DNA of 64,000 nt from Nitriliruptorales bacterium (GTDB lineage: Bacteria > Actinomycetota > Nitriliruptoria > Nitriliruptorales > JAHWKO01), in contig JBHELG010000108.1 of assembly GCA_046263195.1 (NCBI GenBank), forward strand, positions 2,293 through 66,292. The letters run 5' to 3'. The position numbers were made by a program, and so were the translations under genes. A model generated the notes under the pieces. That model saw only the letters and a program-made list of their open reading frames with translations. It searched no databases and was not told the origin of the DNA. This document shows positions 7,753-18,362 of this stretch, in pieces (position 1 is the first letter of the stretch; every line of letters begins with the position of its first letter).

Positions 7753-9215
7753 CGGCCCAACGACGACACGGGGGTGTCTCCAGAGAGCCAAAGACGCTGG
7801 TCGAGAAGATCTGGGATCGCCATGTCGTCTCTACGGAGCGGGACGGTCCTGATCTCCTCTACGTCGACCTTCACCTCGTGCACGAGGTGACGAGCCCACA
7901 GGCGTTCGACGCGTTGCGGCAAGCGGGGCGGCGGGTTCGTCGCCCCGACCTCACGCTGGCGACCGTCGACCACAACGTACCCACCGACCCTGAATCCGTG
8001 CGGGGCCTGCGACCGCTCGCGGACGAGCTGTCGCGAGCTCAAATGGACGCGCTCGGGCGCAACTGCGCCGAGTTCGGGATCCGACTCTTCCCAATGGGAT
8101 CACCCAACCAGGGTATCGTGCACGTAATCGGCCCTGAGCTCGGCCTGACCCAGCCGGGACTCGTCATCGTCTGCGGCGATTCGCATACAGCCACCCACGG
8201 CGCCTTCGGTGCCCTCGCCTTCGGGATCGGCACGAGCGAGGTCGAACACGTCCTTGCCACCCAGACGCTGCCGCAGCGCCGGCCGAAGGCGATGGCGATC
8301 GAGGTGGACGGCGAACGTCCCTTCGGGGTGACGGCAAAGGACGTCATCCTGGCGATCATTCGTCGCGTCGGCGTGGATGGCGGCATCGGCCACGTCATCG
8401 AGTACCGCGGCGAGGTCATCCGCGGCCTCTCCATGGAGGAACGGATGACGGTGTGCAACATGTCCATCGAGGCCGGAGCAAGGGCGGGTCTCATCGCCCC
8501 CGACGAGACGACCTTCACCTATCTGAAAGACCGGCCCTACGCCCCCAAGGGGGTGGCCTGGGAAGAGGCGGTCGAGGCCTGGCGGGCCTTGCCGAGCGAC
8601 GCGGATGCGACCTACGACCGCTTCGTCCGCCTCGACGCGGCCGACCTGGAGCCCTATGTGACCTGGGGTACTACGCCGGCCCAGTCCGTGCCGGTGACCG
8701 GCCAGGTGCCACAGCCAGAGGACGCCGCGGACGAGGCCACCGCCGAGCAGTGGCGGCGTGCCCTTGCGTACATGGGCCTAGACGGGGGTGAGCAGGTCGC
8801 CGACCTGCGCGTCGACCGGGTGTTCATCGGATCGTGCACGAACGCCCGACTTTCGGATTTGCGGGCGGCCGCTCGGGTCGCGGTGGGCAAGACAGTCGCC
8901 CCGGGGGTACGGGCGATGGTCGTGCCGGGCTCGGGCCTCGTAAAGGCTGCCGCCGAAGCCGAGGGACTCGACGTCATTTTCCGAACGGCGGGCTTCGAGT
9001 GGCGCGAGCCCGGCTGCTCGATGTGCCTGGGGATGAACCCCGACGTCCTCGGGCCTGGCGAACGCTGCGCGTCGACGTCGAACCGCAACTTCGAGGGGCG
9101 CCAGGGCGCCGGCGGCCGCACGCACCTCGTCAGCCCCGTCATGGCAGCTGCCGCAGCGATCCACGGCCGCTTCGTCGACGTTCGGGACGTCGCGGACGAG
9201 GAGGTCCTCACATGA
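7749..9215 (+). CDS. leuC: 3-isopropylmalate dehydratase large subunit
   Basis: ORF 7749..9215(+). The GTG overlaps the leuA TGA (GTGA). Aconitase-family motifs [33 protein letters not shown]. Confidence 0.9.
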   Translation: MTAQRRHGGVSREPKTLVEKIWDRHVVSTERDGPDLLYVDLHLVHEVTSPQAFDALRQAGRRVRRPDLTLATVDHNVPTDPESVRGLRPLADELSRAQMDALGRNCAEFGIRLFPMGSPNQGIVHVIGPELGLTQPGLVIVCGDSHTATHGAFGALAFGIGTSEVEHVLATQTLPQRRPKAMAIEVDGERPFGVTAKDVILAIIRRVGVDGGIGHVIEYRGEVIRGLSMEERMTVCNMSIEAGARAGLIAPDETTFTYLKDRPYAPKGVAWEEAVEAWRALPSDADATYDRFVRLDAADLEPYVTWGTTPAQSVPVTGQVPQPEDAADEATAEQWRRALAYMGLDGGEQVADLRVDRVFIGSCTNARLSDLRAAARVAVGKTVAPGVRAMVVPGSGLVKAAAEAEGLDVIFRTAGFEWREPGCSMCLGMNPDVLGPGERCASTSNRNFEGRQGAGGRTHLVSPVMAAAAAIHGRFVDVRDVADEEVLT

Positions 9216-9823
9216 AGGCTGTCCGGGAGGTCACCGGCAGGATCTGCCCGCTCGACCGAGCCGACGTCGACACCGACCAGATCATCCCGAAGCAGTTCCT
9301 CAAGCGCGTCGAGCGCAGCGGCTTCGGACCCTTCTCGTTCTACAACTGGCGCTATCACGAGGACGGCACCCCCGTCGAGGATTTCCCCATGAACCGGCCC
9401 GAGCACGCCGACGCGACCATCCTGCTCACCGGACCGAACTTCGGTTGTGGTTCGTCCCGTGAGCACGCAGTGTGGGCTCTCGAGGACGCTGGTTTCGAAG
9501 CGATCATCGCGCCGAGCTTCGCCGACATCTTCCACACGAACTGCGCGAAGGTGGGAGTGCTCACGGTGCAGCTAGCGTCGCACGAAGTGAGGCGCCTCTT
9601 CGACCTCGTCGCGACCGACCCCGCGGTCGAGGCCACCGTCGACCTTCCCGCTCAGGAGGTGCGCACGCCGGGTTTTGACTCGCGGTTCGACATCGACCCC
9701 CATACCAGGCACCGGCTGCTTCACGGTCTGGACGACGTGGGGCTCACCCTTCACGACGCCGACGGGATCTCCGCTTACGAGGCGCGTCGGCCGGCCTGGC
9801 TACCACGGGTCGTGCATGAGTGA
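9212..9823 (+). CDS. leuD: 3-isopropylmalate dehydratase small subunit
   Basis: In frame within ORF 8834..9823. ATG 9212 overlaps the leuC TGA (ATGA). Motifs: [49 protein letters not shown]. Confidence 0.9.
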   Translation: MKAVREVTGRICPLDRADVDTDQIIPKQFLKRVERSGFGPFSFYNWRYHEDGTPVEDFPMNRPEHADATILLTGPNFGCGSSREHAVWALEDAGFEAIIAPSFADIFHTNCAKVGVLTVQLASHEVRRLFDLVATDPAVEATVDLPAQEVRTPGFDSRFDIDPHTRHRLLHGLDDVGLTLHDADGISAYEARRPAWLPRVVHE

Positions 9824-9866
9824 TGCGCCACTCGCTAGCGCCCAGCATTCGGGACCCGGCGGGGAT

Positions 9867-10772
9867 TCAACTCTCGTCCAGCGCTACCGCCCTCACTGGT
9901 GGGAGACCCTCGGCCATACGCTGCCAGGTCTGACCAGCGTCTTGGGAGATGTAGAGCTCGCCGGCGGGTGTGGCAAACGCGGCGCTATCTCCGGCTGCGT
10001 CGAGCCAGCCCGTGTCGATGTTGCCCTCGAACCACTCCGGCAGGCCTCGGCGACAGCGCTCGAACGGCTCGTCATCCCCGAGCAGTCGACGATAGAGAGC
10101 CCCCTGGCGGGTTCGCGGCCCGGTCGAGGCGGACAGCAGGACGGTCGAGCTGGCGACCGCCACCGCGCGGCAGTAGCGGCCGTGAAGCCCCCCGGCCGAC
10201 AGTCGCCACGAGTCCCCGCGTGCCTCGCTGAGCGCGAAGCCGCCCGCACCGGTGGCGGCGACGACCCGCCCGCTGCGGGCCTCCGCCTGCACCTCGTGGA
10301 CGTCGAGGTCGATGTCGATCGTCGGCTCCCAGCTTCCACCTCCGTCATGGGAGCGGAGAATCCCGCCCACGTGGACGTTGACGTACAGCGTGCCGTCGGG
10401 GTGGGCGCTGAGGGAGCGGACCGCTGGGGGGCCGCCCCACGGCGTGTACCAGGCGTCGCGGCCCGGCGCTTCGTCGAAAGCTGCAACCGGCTCGAGACGC
10501 CCGTCCACGAGGCGAATCAGGCGCGCGCCAGCCGTCCCCGCGAACAGGCCGTCGGAAGCGACCAGAAGACAGGTCAGACGAGCGTCGCCGCGGGCTGACT
10601 CGCTCCACTCCGCTCCCGGCGTTCCGTGCAGAAGCACGCGCTCGTCGGCGACCGCCCACCACCCTTCGCTGTCGCGTGCCAATGCTGCGACGTCATGCCC
10701 GGTGAGGTCGGCTTGCGAGTTTCCAGGCAGTGAGTACAAGCCATCAGCAGTCGCGACGAGGATCCGAGTCAT
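9867..10772 (-). CDS. BNR/Asp-box repeat beta-propeller protein (sialidase-like fold)
   Basis: ORF 9867..10814(-). Start taken at ATG 10772 (MTRILVATADGLY), with GGAGGCGGGTGGGA upstream. Three Asp-box-like motifs: SHDGGGSW, SEARGDSW, SQDAGQTW. Confidence 0.6.
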   Translation of the reverse strand: MTRILVATADGLYSLPGNSQADLTGHDVAALARDSEGWWAVADERVLLHGTPGAEWSESARGDARLTCLLVASDGLFAGTAGARLIRLVDGRLEPVAAFDEAPGRDAWYTPWGGPPAVRSLSAHPDGTLYVNVHVGGILRSHDGGGSWEPTIDIDLDVHEVQAEARSGRVVAATGAGGFALSEARGDSWRLSAGGLHGRYCRAVAVASSTVLLSASTGPRTRQGALYRRLLGDDEPFERCRRGLPEWFEGNIDTGWLDAAGDSAAFATPAGELYISQDAGQTWQRMAEGLPPVRAVALDES

Positions 10773-10863
10773 CGTTTCCCACCCGCCTCCGTCGAATCGG
10801 CTTCTTCGTCTCAACCGTAGCGCTGGAGCGGTTCGGCGACCGGAGAGCGGCTAGCGTGCGGGC

Positions 10864-11460
10864 GTGCCCGAACTCGATCACCCGCCAGACTTCGACTGGA
10901 TCGTGGCGCAGGTCAGCCACCACACGCCCATCCTCATCGCGGAGGCCCACGAGCAGGGTCGGGTAGCCGCCACCGCGCTCATCCTTCACGACGATCCCCT
11001 CGGCGGCCCGCGTGTGCTGGTGATCGAGCGCACCGTGCGCGAGAGTGACCACTGGTCGGGTCACATGGCGCTGCCCGGCGGACGTCCCGATCCCAGGGAT
11101 CCAGATCTCGCCGCCACAGCTGTCCGCGAGACCCGGGAGGAAGTCGGAATCGAGCTGTGCCCCCCGATCGGCCGTCTCGATGACATCGGCAGCTTGACCC
11201 TCGGAATCGTCGTGTCGCCGTTCGTGTTCGTCGTGGACGAGGAGCCCGAGCTCGAACTGCATGTCGAGGAGGTGCAGAGCGCGGTCTGGATACCCCTCTC
11301 GTACCTGTCGTCGCCGGCCTCGCTGACCACGACGTGGTACGAGGAAAGGGGACCATTTCCTGCCATACGCTGGGGCCGGTCCCCCATCTGGGGCCTCACG
11401 TACCGCACCCTCATGCGCTTCCTCGAACTGATCGGCTACCAGACGGCATCCCCGGGCTGA
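10864..11460 (+). CDS. NUDIX hydrolase (CoA-pyrophosphatase-like)
   Basis: ORF 10864..11460(+). Nudix box: LPGGRPDPRDPDLAATAVRETREEVGIEL. Confidence 0.75.
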   Translation: MPELDHPPDFDWIVAQVSHHTPILIAEAHEQGRVAATALILHDDPLGGPRVLVIERTVRESDHWSGHMALPGGRPDPRDPDLAATAVRETREEVGIELCPPIGRLDDIGSLTLGIVVSPFVFVVDEEPELELHVEEVQSAVWIPLSYLSSPASLTTTWYEERGPFPAIRWGRSPIWGLTYRTLMRFLELIGYQTASPG

Positions 11461-11624
11461 GTGACGCTCCGCGACCAGCACCACCGACCTATCGGCTCCC
11501 ACCCGTGCCCTCACGGCGGCTCCATGGTCACGGCGTGCTCGACGAGGTCCGCGGGCGGTGGTAAACGGACCCCAGGGGCATCGTGACATCCGGTGGCTCG
11601 ACCACGAAGCGAAAGGCGGTCTTC

Positions 11625-12350
11625 ATGGCATCTCGGGTTGAGCTCTCGCAGGTCATCGACCCCGGCTGGGCCACCCAGCTCGAGCCGTGTCGGGAGCGCC
11701 TCACCGCGCTCGGACACTTTCTTCGCGCCGAGCAGGCGGCGGGGCGACGCTTCCTGCCGGCCGGAAACCGGATTCTCGCTGCCTTCCAGCAGCCCTTCGA
11801 GGCCGTGAGGGTCCTCATCGTCGGCCAGGACCCCTATCCAACGCCGGGCCATCCCATAGGACTCTGTTTCAGCGTCGCCCCCGACGTGTGGCCGCTGCCG
11901 AAGAGCCTGCAGAACATCTTCCGCGAGTACTGCGACGACCTCGGCTACCCCTCTCCTCCAAGTGGAGATCTGACCGGCTGGACCCAGCAAGGGGTCATGC
12001 TCTTGAACCGCGTTCTCACCGTCCAGAGCGGAGTGCCCGGATCCCATCGCGCCAAAGGTTGGGAAGAGGTCACCGAGCACGCCATCCGCGCGCTGGTCGC
12101 CCGTGACCGCCCGCTCGTGGCCATCCTTTGGGGGCGGGACGCACGCAACCTGAAACCGCTACTCGGTTCGACCCCCGTGGTCGAAAGCGCCCACCCGAGC
12201 CCGCTCTCCGCGAGCTCCGGATTCTTCGGCTCACGACCCTTCAGCCGCACGAACGCCCTGCTCGAACGTCTCGGCGCCCCGCCCGTCGAGTGGAGATTGG
12301 ACGGTGTGAGGCTGGGTCACCCGCTCGAGCCCGAGTGGGCGTCTAGATGA
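11625..12350 (+). CDS. ung: Uracil-DNA glycosylase, family 1
   Basis: ORF 11583..12350(+). ATG 11625 preferred; GTG 11583 is possible. Motifs [40 protein letters not shown]. The 3' end overlaps the convergent kinase gene by 34 nt. Confidence 0.85.
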   Translation: MASRVELSQVIDPGWATQLEPCRERLTALGHFLRAEQAAGRRFLPAGNRILAAFQQPFEAVRVLIVGQDPYPTPGHPIGLCFSVAPDVWPLPKSLQNIFREYCDDLGYPSPPSGDLTGWTQQGVMLLNRVLTVQSGVPGSHRAKGWEEVTEHAIRALVARDRPLVAILWGRDARNLKPLLGSTPVVESAHPSPLSASSGFFGSRPFSRTNALLERLGAPPVEWRLDGVRLGHPLEPEWASR

Positions 12351-13765
12351 GTACCCCGGCCGGGCTCCACGGCGTCGAGCCCGCGCGGGTCTCGACCCGA
12401 GGTGCCTTTGAGGACGACCTCGAAGCGCGCCCCGCCCCTCGGGGATTCCATAGCTCGGACCGTGCCGCCGTGGCCGGACACGACACTCTGCACGATGGCC
12501 AGGCCGATGCCGATCCCACCGCTGGTGCGGGTACGACCCTGCTCGAGGCGGGTGAAGCGTTCGAAGACCCGTTCCCGGTCTTCAGGGGGTATGCCGGGCC
12601 CGTCGTCGTCGACGTGGAGCAGGACGTTGCCGTCGCTGGTGAAGGTGCTCACGTCGACCCGGCTCCGAGCGTGGCGAAGCGCGTTGTCGAGGAGGTTGCG
12701 CACGACCCGTCTCAGCTGGTCTGAGTCGCCCCACACCGCCGCAGGCTCGAGGTGAAGCTGCACCGTCAGGGCCGTTGCGGGTGGCTCGACGCGTGCAGCC
12801 TCCTCGCGCAGCATCTCGTCGAGCTCAACCCGTCCCGGGCGGGCGCCCCGCTCCTCCAGTCGGGCCAGTTGGAGCAGATCGTCGACGAGCGCTTCGAGTC
12901 GCAAGTTCTCTTGGAGTACCCGGCGGACGAGCTCCTCCCAATCGCTCCCGTCCGGATGCGTTAGCGCCACCTCGAGGGCCGTGCGGATAGCGGCCACGGG
13001 GCTACGGAGCTCGTGAGATGCGTCCGATACGAACTCGCGCTGCCGTCGGACGGCCTGTTCGAGGCGGTTGAGCATGTCGTTGAGGGTTGTCGCGAGGCGC
13101 TCCACCTCATCCCCGGTGTCGGGCACCGGCAGGCGCTCGTCCAGCGTGGCATGCGTGATTTCCTCGACGCGGCTTCGCATGCTCTCGATGGGCCGCAATG
13201 AGCGCCTCACCACCATCCAGGTGATGAAGCCGGCTATGACCGCGAGCAGCGGTGTGCCCACGCGCAGCGCGCGGACCACCGAATCGACGCTCTGGGCGAC
13301 CTCCGCCAGCGGACTCACCGCGACCACGGTGCGCCGACCGACCGGGGAATCGACGGTGCGGCTGGCGATGACGAGCTCGCCCGTGTGAACCTCGCGCACG
13401 AGGTCGCCCCTGGCGGGGAGCTCGAAGGGGAGGATTTCCGGTTCGAGTCCGGGTCCCGGCATGACGACACGCGGCCCCACCTCCGAGGGGATCGTCGCGA
13501 CCACCTGCCCGGACTCGTCGAGGATGCGTACGAGTACCCCACTCGTGACCACGTTCGCCAGGAGCCGAGCGGACAAGGGCTGACCCTGCTCCACGGCTTC
13601 GGCTACCTGTCCCACCTGCCTGACCGCCTGTTCCCGGACGCGACCGATCAGCGTCCGCTCGAGCGAGATCACGAGTGCGAAGGAGGCGATGAGCAGAGCC
13701 ACGCTGAGTACCGCCGTCGCGGCCAGCGTGATCCGCAACCGCAGCGACCACACCCAGCTAGGCAT
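12317..13765 (-). CDS. Sensor histidine kinase (TM-HAMP-HisKA-HATPase)
   Basis: Within ORF 12317..13948(-). ATG 13765 ([20 protein letters not shown]) overlaps the stop of the upstream regulator by 8 nt. H-box [11 protein letters not shown]; ATPase boxes DDDGPGIP and [10 protein letters not shown]. Confidence 0.8.
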   Translation of the reverse strand: MPSWVWSLRLRITLAATAVLSVALLIASFALVISLERTLIGRVREQAVRQVGQVAEAVEQGQPLSARLLANVVTSGVLVRILDESGQVVATIPSEVGPRVVMPGPGLEPEILPFELPARGDLVREVHTGELVIASRTVDSPVGRRTVVAVSPLAEVAQSVDSVVRALRVGTPLLAVIAGFITWMVVRRSLRPIESMRSRVEEITHATLDERLPVPDTGDEVERLATTLNDMLNRLEQAVRRQREFVSDASHELRSPVAAIRTALEVALTHPDGSDWEELVRRVLQENLRLEALVDDLLQLARLEERGARPGRVELDEMLREEAARVEPPATALTVQLHLEPAAVWGDSDQLRRVVRNLLDNALRHARSRVDVSTFTSDGNVLLHVDDDGPGIPPEDRERVFERFTRLEQGRTRTSGGIGIGLAIVQSVVSGHGGTVRAMESPRGGARFEVVLKGTSGRDPRGLDAVEPGRGTHLDAHSGSSG

Positions 13766-14480
13766 CCGGGTCCACCAGTCGGTAGCCGACGCCGCGCACG
13801 GTCTCAATACGGTCCGGCCCGAGCTTTCTGCGCAGGTAGCCGATGTATACCTCGACCGCGTTCGTGTCGCCCTCGTAGTCACCGCCCCAGACCCGGTCGA
13901 GGAGGTCGGCCTTGCGGACCGTCTGACCCGAGTAGCGCATGAGCGCATCGAGCAGGTCAGCCTCGCGGGCGGTCAACCGTTTTTCGCTTTCGTCGACGTA
14001 GCAGCGTCTGGTGGCGGGGTCGTAGCGCAGTGCCCCGCAGGTCAGCACGTCCGGGCGCGGCACCGAACCCCGCCGGATGAGGGCCCGCAGCCGCGCCACG
14101 AGCACGAGGAACGAGAACGGCTTGCGCAGGAAGTCGTCCGCGCCGTACTCGAGGGCGTCCACCTCGTCGTACTCGCCGTCTTTCGCGGTGAGCATGAGAA
14201 TCGGAGTCCACACCTCGGCGTCACGCAGTTGGCGGGCGACCTTGTAGCCGTTCAAGCCCGGCAACAGGATGTCCAGCACGATCGCGGCATACGGCCACTC
14301 ACGGGCTCGCCACAGCCCCTCGAGGCCGTCGTGGACGACGTCGACCTCGAAATCCTCCGCCTGCAGCCCCCGCTTCAGGGAGGCGGCCAGCAATTCCTCG
14401 TCTTCGACCACCAAGATGCGCACGCCATCAGTATGCGCCAACGTGTCGCCGTGCACCTGAGAGGACGCTGAGTCGCTCAC
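13758..14480 (-). CDS. OmpR/PhoB-family response regulator
   Basis: ORF 13758..14480(-). Receiver domain VRILVVEDEELLA...AIVLDILLPGLNG; winged-helix C-terminus VEVYIGYLRRKLGPDRIETVRGVGYRL. Confidence 0.85.
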   Translation of the reverse strand: MSDSASSQVHGDTLAHTDGVRILVVEDEELLAASLKRGLQAEDFEVDVVHDGLEGLWRAREWPYAAIVLDILLPGLNGYKVARQLRDAEVWTPILMLTAKDGEYDEVDALEYGADDFLRKPFSFLVLVARLRALIRRGSVPRPDVLTCGALRYDPATRRCYVDESEKRLTAREADLLDALMRYSGQTVRKADLLDRVWGGDYEGDTNAVEVYIGYLRRKLGPDRIETVRGVGYRLVDPDA

Positions 14481-14553
14481 AGCCTGCTCTCAGCCGTCTC
14501 CTGACACCGTGCCGCCAGCTCCTCATCGGAGCACCACGACGACAGGAGTTGAG

Positions 14554-15147
14554 ATGCGACCTTGGCTCGACACGAGGTTTGCAACGGTAATGCTCGCCCT
14601 CGTGCTGCTCGCCGCGGGGTGTGGCCGCGGCGCCGCCGACGCGGAGGGGACGGACGGGTCGGCCGCGACCGCGACAAGCGCGGACAGCAACCCGACCGGC
14701 CCCGAGGACGCCATGCTCGCCTTCGCGCAGTGCATGCGCGAGCACGGCGTCGACATGCCTGACCCGAAGTTCGAGGAGGGCGGTGGAGGCGCGATGGCCG
14801 TGCAGATCGACCCCGAGGACGAGGACTTCCTGCAGGCCGAGAAGGCGTGCGAGCACCTCATGGCCGACTCGGTGGCCGAGGCGAGAGACATCGACCCCGA
14901 GCGGATGGCGGAGATGGAGCGGCGCATGCTCGCGTTTGCGGAGTGCATGCGCGGCCACGGCATCGACTTCCCGGACCCCCAGCTGGACCGAAGTGGCGGT
15001 GGAGGCTTCCTGTTCGGAGGACCAGAGCACGAACTGCCCTTCGACCCCAAGGACCGCGAGTTCCAGGAGGCCGAGCGGGCGTGCCAGCACGAGCTCCCCA
15101 ACTTCCCCGGCCACGGCGTGGGCGGCCCCGCGGAGGGTCGACAGTGA
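14554..15147 (+). CDS. Predicted lipoprotein with an internal duplication of a 2-Cys module
   Basis: In ORF 14509..15147. ATG 14554 sits behind CAGGAG. Signal peptide with lipobox LLAAGC. Two repeats: MLAFAQCMREHGVDMPDPKF...AEKACEHL and MLAFAECMRGHGIDFPDPQL...AERACQHE. Confidence 0.6.
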   Translation: MRPWLDTRFATVMLALVLLAAGCGRGAADAEGTDGSAATATSADSNPTGPEDAMLAFAQCMREHGVDMPDPKFEEGGGGAMAVQIDPEDEDFLQAEKACEHLMADSVAEARDIDPERMAEMERRMLAFAECMRGHGIDFPDPQLDRSGGGGFLFGGPEHELPFDPKDREFQEAERACQHELPNFPGHGVGGPAEGRQ

Positions 15148-16292
15148 ACCGCACCATGACAGAGTCACCCGACGCGACCGGCGCGTCCTCAGCGCGACCG
15201 AGAAGACGATGCTGGTGGTGGCCTGTCGTGATGGCCGCCCTCGTCGTGACCGTTGCTGCGGCCATGCTCGCCGTGACCGCAACCCGTGAGGAGCCCGAGG
15301 AGGCGGCGCCTCCGCCCCCGGCGACGGTGCGCGTGGTCCGACGCGACATCGAACGCAGAGATTCCTTCGAAGGTCGGCTCGGCTACGGCGACGCCCGCGA
15401 GCTCCCGATCGTTCGCACCGGCACCATAACCCGGCTGCCCGAGGTCGGGGCCGTGCTCGACCAGGGCGACGCACTGGTGTGGGTCGACGCCGTCCCGGTG
15501 ATCCTGCTCGACGGGCAGCTGCCTGCGTGGCGCGACCTGCACCGCGACATGACGAACGGGGCCGACGTCCGCCAACTCGAGACGGCACTCGTCGCGCTCG
15601 GCTACGCGAAGGACGCCGGGGCGACCGGCAACCGCAACGATCTCGTCGTCGACGAGGACTTCACGGCTGCCACCGAGAGTGCCGTCAAGGCGATGCAGCG
15701 GGCTCTCGGCCTGGCCGAGGACGGCCGGCTCGACCTCGGGGAGATCGCGTTCACCACCGCTCCGGTGCGAGTTCAGAAGAGGCTCATGGCGGTCGGGGAT
15801 CTCCTCTCCGGCCCCCAGCCCGTGCTGTCGCTGACCGCCCCCGAGCGAGTCGTCACCGCTGAGCTCGAAGCGTCAGACCGTGACCTGTTGATTGATGGGA
15901 TGCCGGTCGGTGTGGAACTCCCCGACGGCCGGACCGTGACCGGCAGAGTCCGAAGCGTCGGCACCGACGTCAAGACGGGAAGTGACGGCCAGGGATCAGA
16001 TGAGGGAGACGACCCGGGACAGGGGTCGGGTCAGCAGGTCATCGAGGTGGTCATCGGACTCGAGGACGCCGCCTCCGTCGCCGGCATCGACCAGGCGCCG
16101 GTCGACGTCAACTTGACCACCGACGTCGCAACCGACGTGCTCGCCCTCCCCGTGACGGCACTCGTGGTCACGCCCCACGGCTACGCAGTCGATCGCGTCA
16201 CCGCTCAAGGGGCGACTGAGCGCGTCGCCGTCGAGGTCGGTGCCTTCGGCGACAGCTGGGTTGAGGTCAGGGGCGACCTCGCCGAGGGGTGA
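15144..16292 (+). CDS. Membrane-anchored periplasmic adaptor-like protein with peptidoglycan-binding domain
   Basis: In ORF 14847..16292. GTG 15144 overlaps the upstream TGA (GTGA). N-terminal TM (WWWPVVMAALVVTVAAAML), a PG-binding-like segment (VRQLETALVALGY...AVKAMQRALGLAEDGRL), and a beta-rich C-terminus like HlyD/MacA adaptors. Confidence 0.65.
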   Translation: MNRTMTESPDATGASSARPRRRCWWWPVVMAALVVTVAAAMLAVTATREEPEEAAPPPPATVRVVRRDIERRDSFEGRLGYGDARELPIVRTGTITRLPEVGAVLDQGDALVWVDAVPVILLDGQLPAWRDLHRDMTNGADVRQLETALVALGYAKDAGATGNRNDLVVDEDFTAATESAVKAMQRALGLAEDGRLDLGEIAFTTAPVRVQKRLMAVGDLLSGPQPVLSLTAPERVVTAELEASDRDLLIDGMPVGVELPDGRTVTGRVRSVGTDVKTGSDGQGSDEGDDPGQGSGQQVIEVVIGLEDAASVAGIDQAPVDVNLTTDVATDVLALPVTALVVTPHGYAVDRVTAQGATERVAVEVGAFGDSWVEVRGDLAEG

Positions 16293-16310
16293 CGAGGTGG
16301 GGGTGCCGTC

Positions 16311-17120
16311 GTGAGCTCGGAGCCGATAGCGCTAGGAGCGGGCAGACGAAGCAGGCGGTTTGGGCGGGCCAGGTTGGCCACGATCCCGAAGAGATCGGAC
16401 GAGCGCGGTAGGTGGCCCGTCGTCCGCCTCGTTGACGTCGTCAAGGAATATCCGGGCAGCCCGCCGGTGCGCGCGGTCGACGGCGCCACCATGACGCTCC
16501 AGCCCGGAGAGCTCGTCGCCGTCGTCGGGCCCTCCGGCTCCGGGAAGTCGACGCTGCTCAACCTCGTCGGCGCCCTCGACCGCCCAACGGCCGGACGCGC
16601 CGAGATCGAGGGGCAGGACATCGCGACGCTCTCCGATCGCAGACTGTCGGCGTTGCGCGGCCGGTCCATCGGGTTCGTCTTCCAGCAGTTCATGCTGCTG
16701 GACGCACAGACTGCCCTGGACAACGTGGCCGGCGGACTGCTCTACCGTGGCGTCGCCGCGGCAGCGCGGCGAGAGCGAGCGATCGCGGCGCTCGAGCGGG
16801 TGGGACTCGCCCACCGGATGCACTACCGCCCCTCTCGTCTGTCGGGAGGGGAGCAGCAGCGTGTCGCCATCGCCCGAGCGATCGTCGGTGACCCTTCCAT
16901 CGTGCTGGCCGACGAGCCGACCGGAAACCTCGACAGCCATACCGGGGCTCAGATCCTGGCGGTCCTGCGCGACCTGAACGCCGCCGGCAGCACCATCGTT
17001 GTGGTGACCCACGACCAGGCGGTGGCGGCTGCCATCCCGCGCCGCATCACGCTGAAGGACGGGCGCATCGTCAGGGACGATCTCGACTCCGACCGTGTAG
17101 CGGGCGGGGAGGGGGTATGA
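16311..17120 (+). CDS. ABC transporter ATP-binding protein (MacB/LolD-like)
   Basis: ORF 16311..17120(+). Walker [11 protein letters not shown]-loop FVFQQF, signature [14 protein letters not shown], Walker [13 protein letters not shown]. Confidence 0.85.
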   Translation: MSSEPIALGAGRRSRRFGRARLATIPKRSDERGRWPVVRLVDVVKEYPGSPPVRAVDGATMTLQPGELVAVVGPSGSGKSTLLNLVGALDRPTAGRAEIEGQDIATLSDRRLSALRGRSIGFVFQQFMLLDAQTALDNVAGGLLYRGVAAAARRERAIAALERVGLAHRMHYRPSRLSGGEQQRVAIARAIVGDPSIVLADEPTGNLDSHTGAQILAVLRDLNAAGSTIVVVTHDQAVAAAIPRRITLKDGRIVRDDLDSDRVAGGEGV

Positions 17121-17124
17121 GGGC

Positions 17125-18324
17125 ATGGACAGGTTGACCTCGGGACTGCGGAGCGTGGACCTCATCCGTCTCGGTTTTGCCGGCATCCGCCGCCGCCGTG
17201 GCCGCAGCGTCCTCACGACGCTGGGCATCGCCATCGGCATCGCCGCGATCGTGGCAGTCGTAGGGATCTCAGCCTCGTCACGAGCTCAGCTCCTGGCGAC
17301 GCTCGACCGCCTCGGGACGAACTACCTGAGGGTCACTCCTGGTCAGACACTTATCGGAGAGGACGCGACCCTTCCCGAGACCGCCGCTGCGATGATCGGG
17401 CGCATCGGGGAGGTGGAGGCCGTGGCGTCCACCGCCAGCGTCGAAGCCACCGTGCGGCGGACAGACCTAGTGCAGCCGAGCCGCACGGGGGGCATAAGCG
17501 TGCTCGCGGCCGAGACCGACCTGCTGGCGACGCTGAACGCACAGCTCAAGGCCGGCAGGTTCCTCGACGACGCCATCGACGGCTACCCCGTTGTGGTACT
17601 CGGCGCCACCGCTGCCGAGCGGCTCGGTCTCGACGTAAGCCACGTGGCCGACCTCGTTCAGGTATGGCTGGGCGAGCGCTGGTTCACGGTCGTCGGCATA
17701 CTCGAGCCGGTCCCGCTGGCGCCCGAGCTCGACCGGGCCGCACTCGTGGGCTGGGACAGTGCCTCCAGCTACCTCGACTTCGACCGGCTGCCGACGACTG
17801 TCTACGTCCGAACCGACCCCGCCGCCATCGATCGTGTCCGCGCCCTCGTTCCCTCCGCTGGCGACCCCGAGCACCCCGAGGAGGTCACCGTCTCGCGGCC
17901 GTCCGACGCGCTTGCCGCCCGAGCCACTGCCGCCAGCGCCTTCACCACTCTCCTGCTCGCGCTCGGCGCCGTGGCCCTGCTGGTCGGGGGGCTCGGAACC
18001 GCGAACGTCATGGTGATCGCGGTACTCGAGCGGCGCACCGAGATCGGGTTACGCCGCGCGCTGGGGGCAACCCGACGCCACGTGGGCCTGCAGTTCCTCG
18101 TCGAGGCCGTGCTGCAGGCGGCCCTAGGGGGGCTGGCCGGCATCCTCCTCGGCGCGGTCATCACCGCCGTCTACGCGAGTTCTCGCGGCTGGCTCGCCAC
18201 GATTCCCCTGGCGGGGCTTGCCGTCGGCGTCGGCGCAGCCTTGACGCTCGGTGCCATCGCCGGCCTCTACCCGGCCCTGAAAGCTGCGCGGCTGGCACCG
18301 GCCGAGGCGGTGCGACCAGCATGA
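17125..18324 (+). CDS. ABC transporter permease, FtsX/MacB type
   Basis: ORF 17125..18324(+). One N-terminal TM, a large extracytoplasmic domain, and a C-terminal three-TM FtsX-like bundle (VMVIAVLERRTEIGLRRALGA). Confidence 0.8.
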   Translation: MDRLTSGLRSVDLIRLGFAGIRRRRGRSVLTTLGIAIGIAAIVAVVGISASSRAQLLATLDRLGTNYLRVTPGQTLIGEDATLPETAAAMIGRIGEVEAVASTASVEATVRRTDLVQPSRTGGISVLAAETDLLATLNAQLKAGRFLDDAIDGYPVVVLGATAAERLGLDVSHVADLVQVWLGERWFTVVGILEPVPLAPELDRAALVGWDSASSYLDFDRLPTTVYVRTDPAAIDRVRALVPSAGDPEHPEEVTVSRPSDALAARATAASAFTTLLLALGAVALLVGGLGTANVMVIAVLERRTEIGLRRALGATRRHVGLQFLVEAVLQAALGGLAGILLGAVITAVYASSRGWLATIPLAGLAVGVGAALTLGAIAGLYPALKAARLAPAEAVRPA

Positions 18325-18362
18325 CGACCGACGATCGCGAGGTGGGGAACCCCTGCCAGCCT

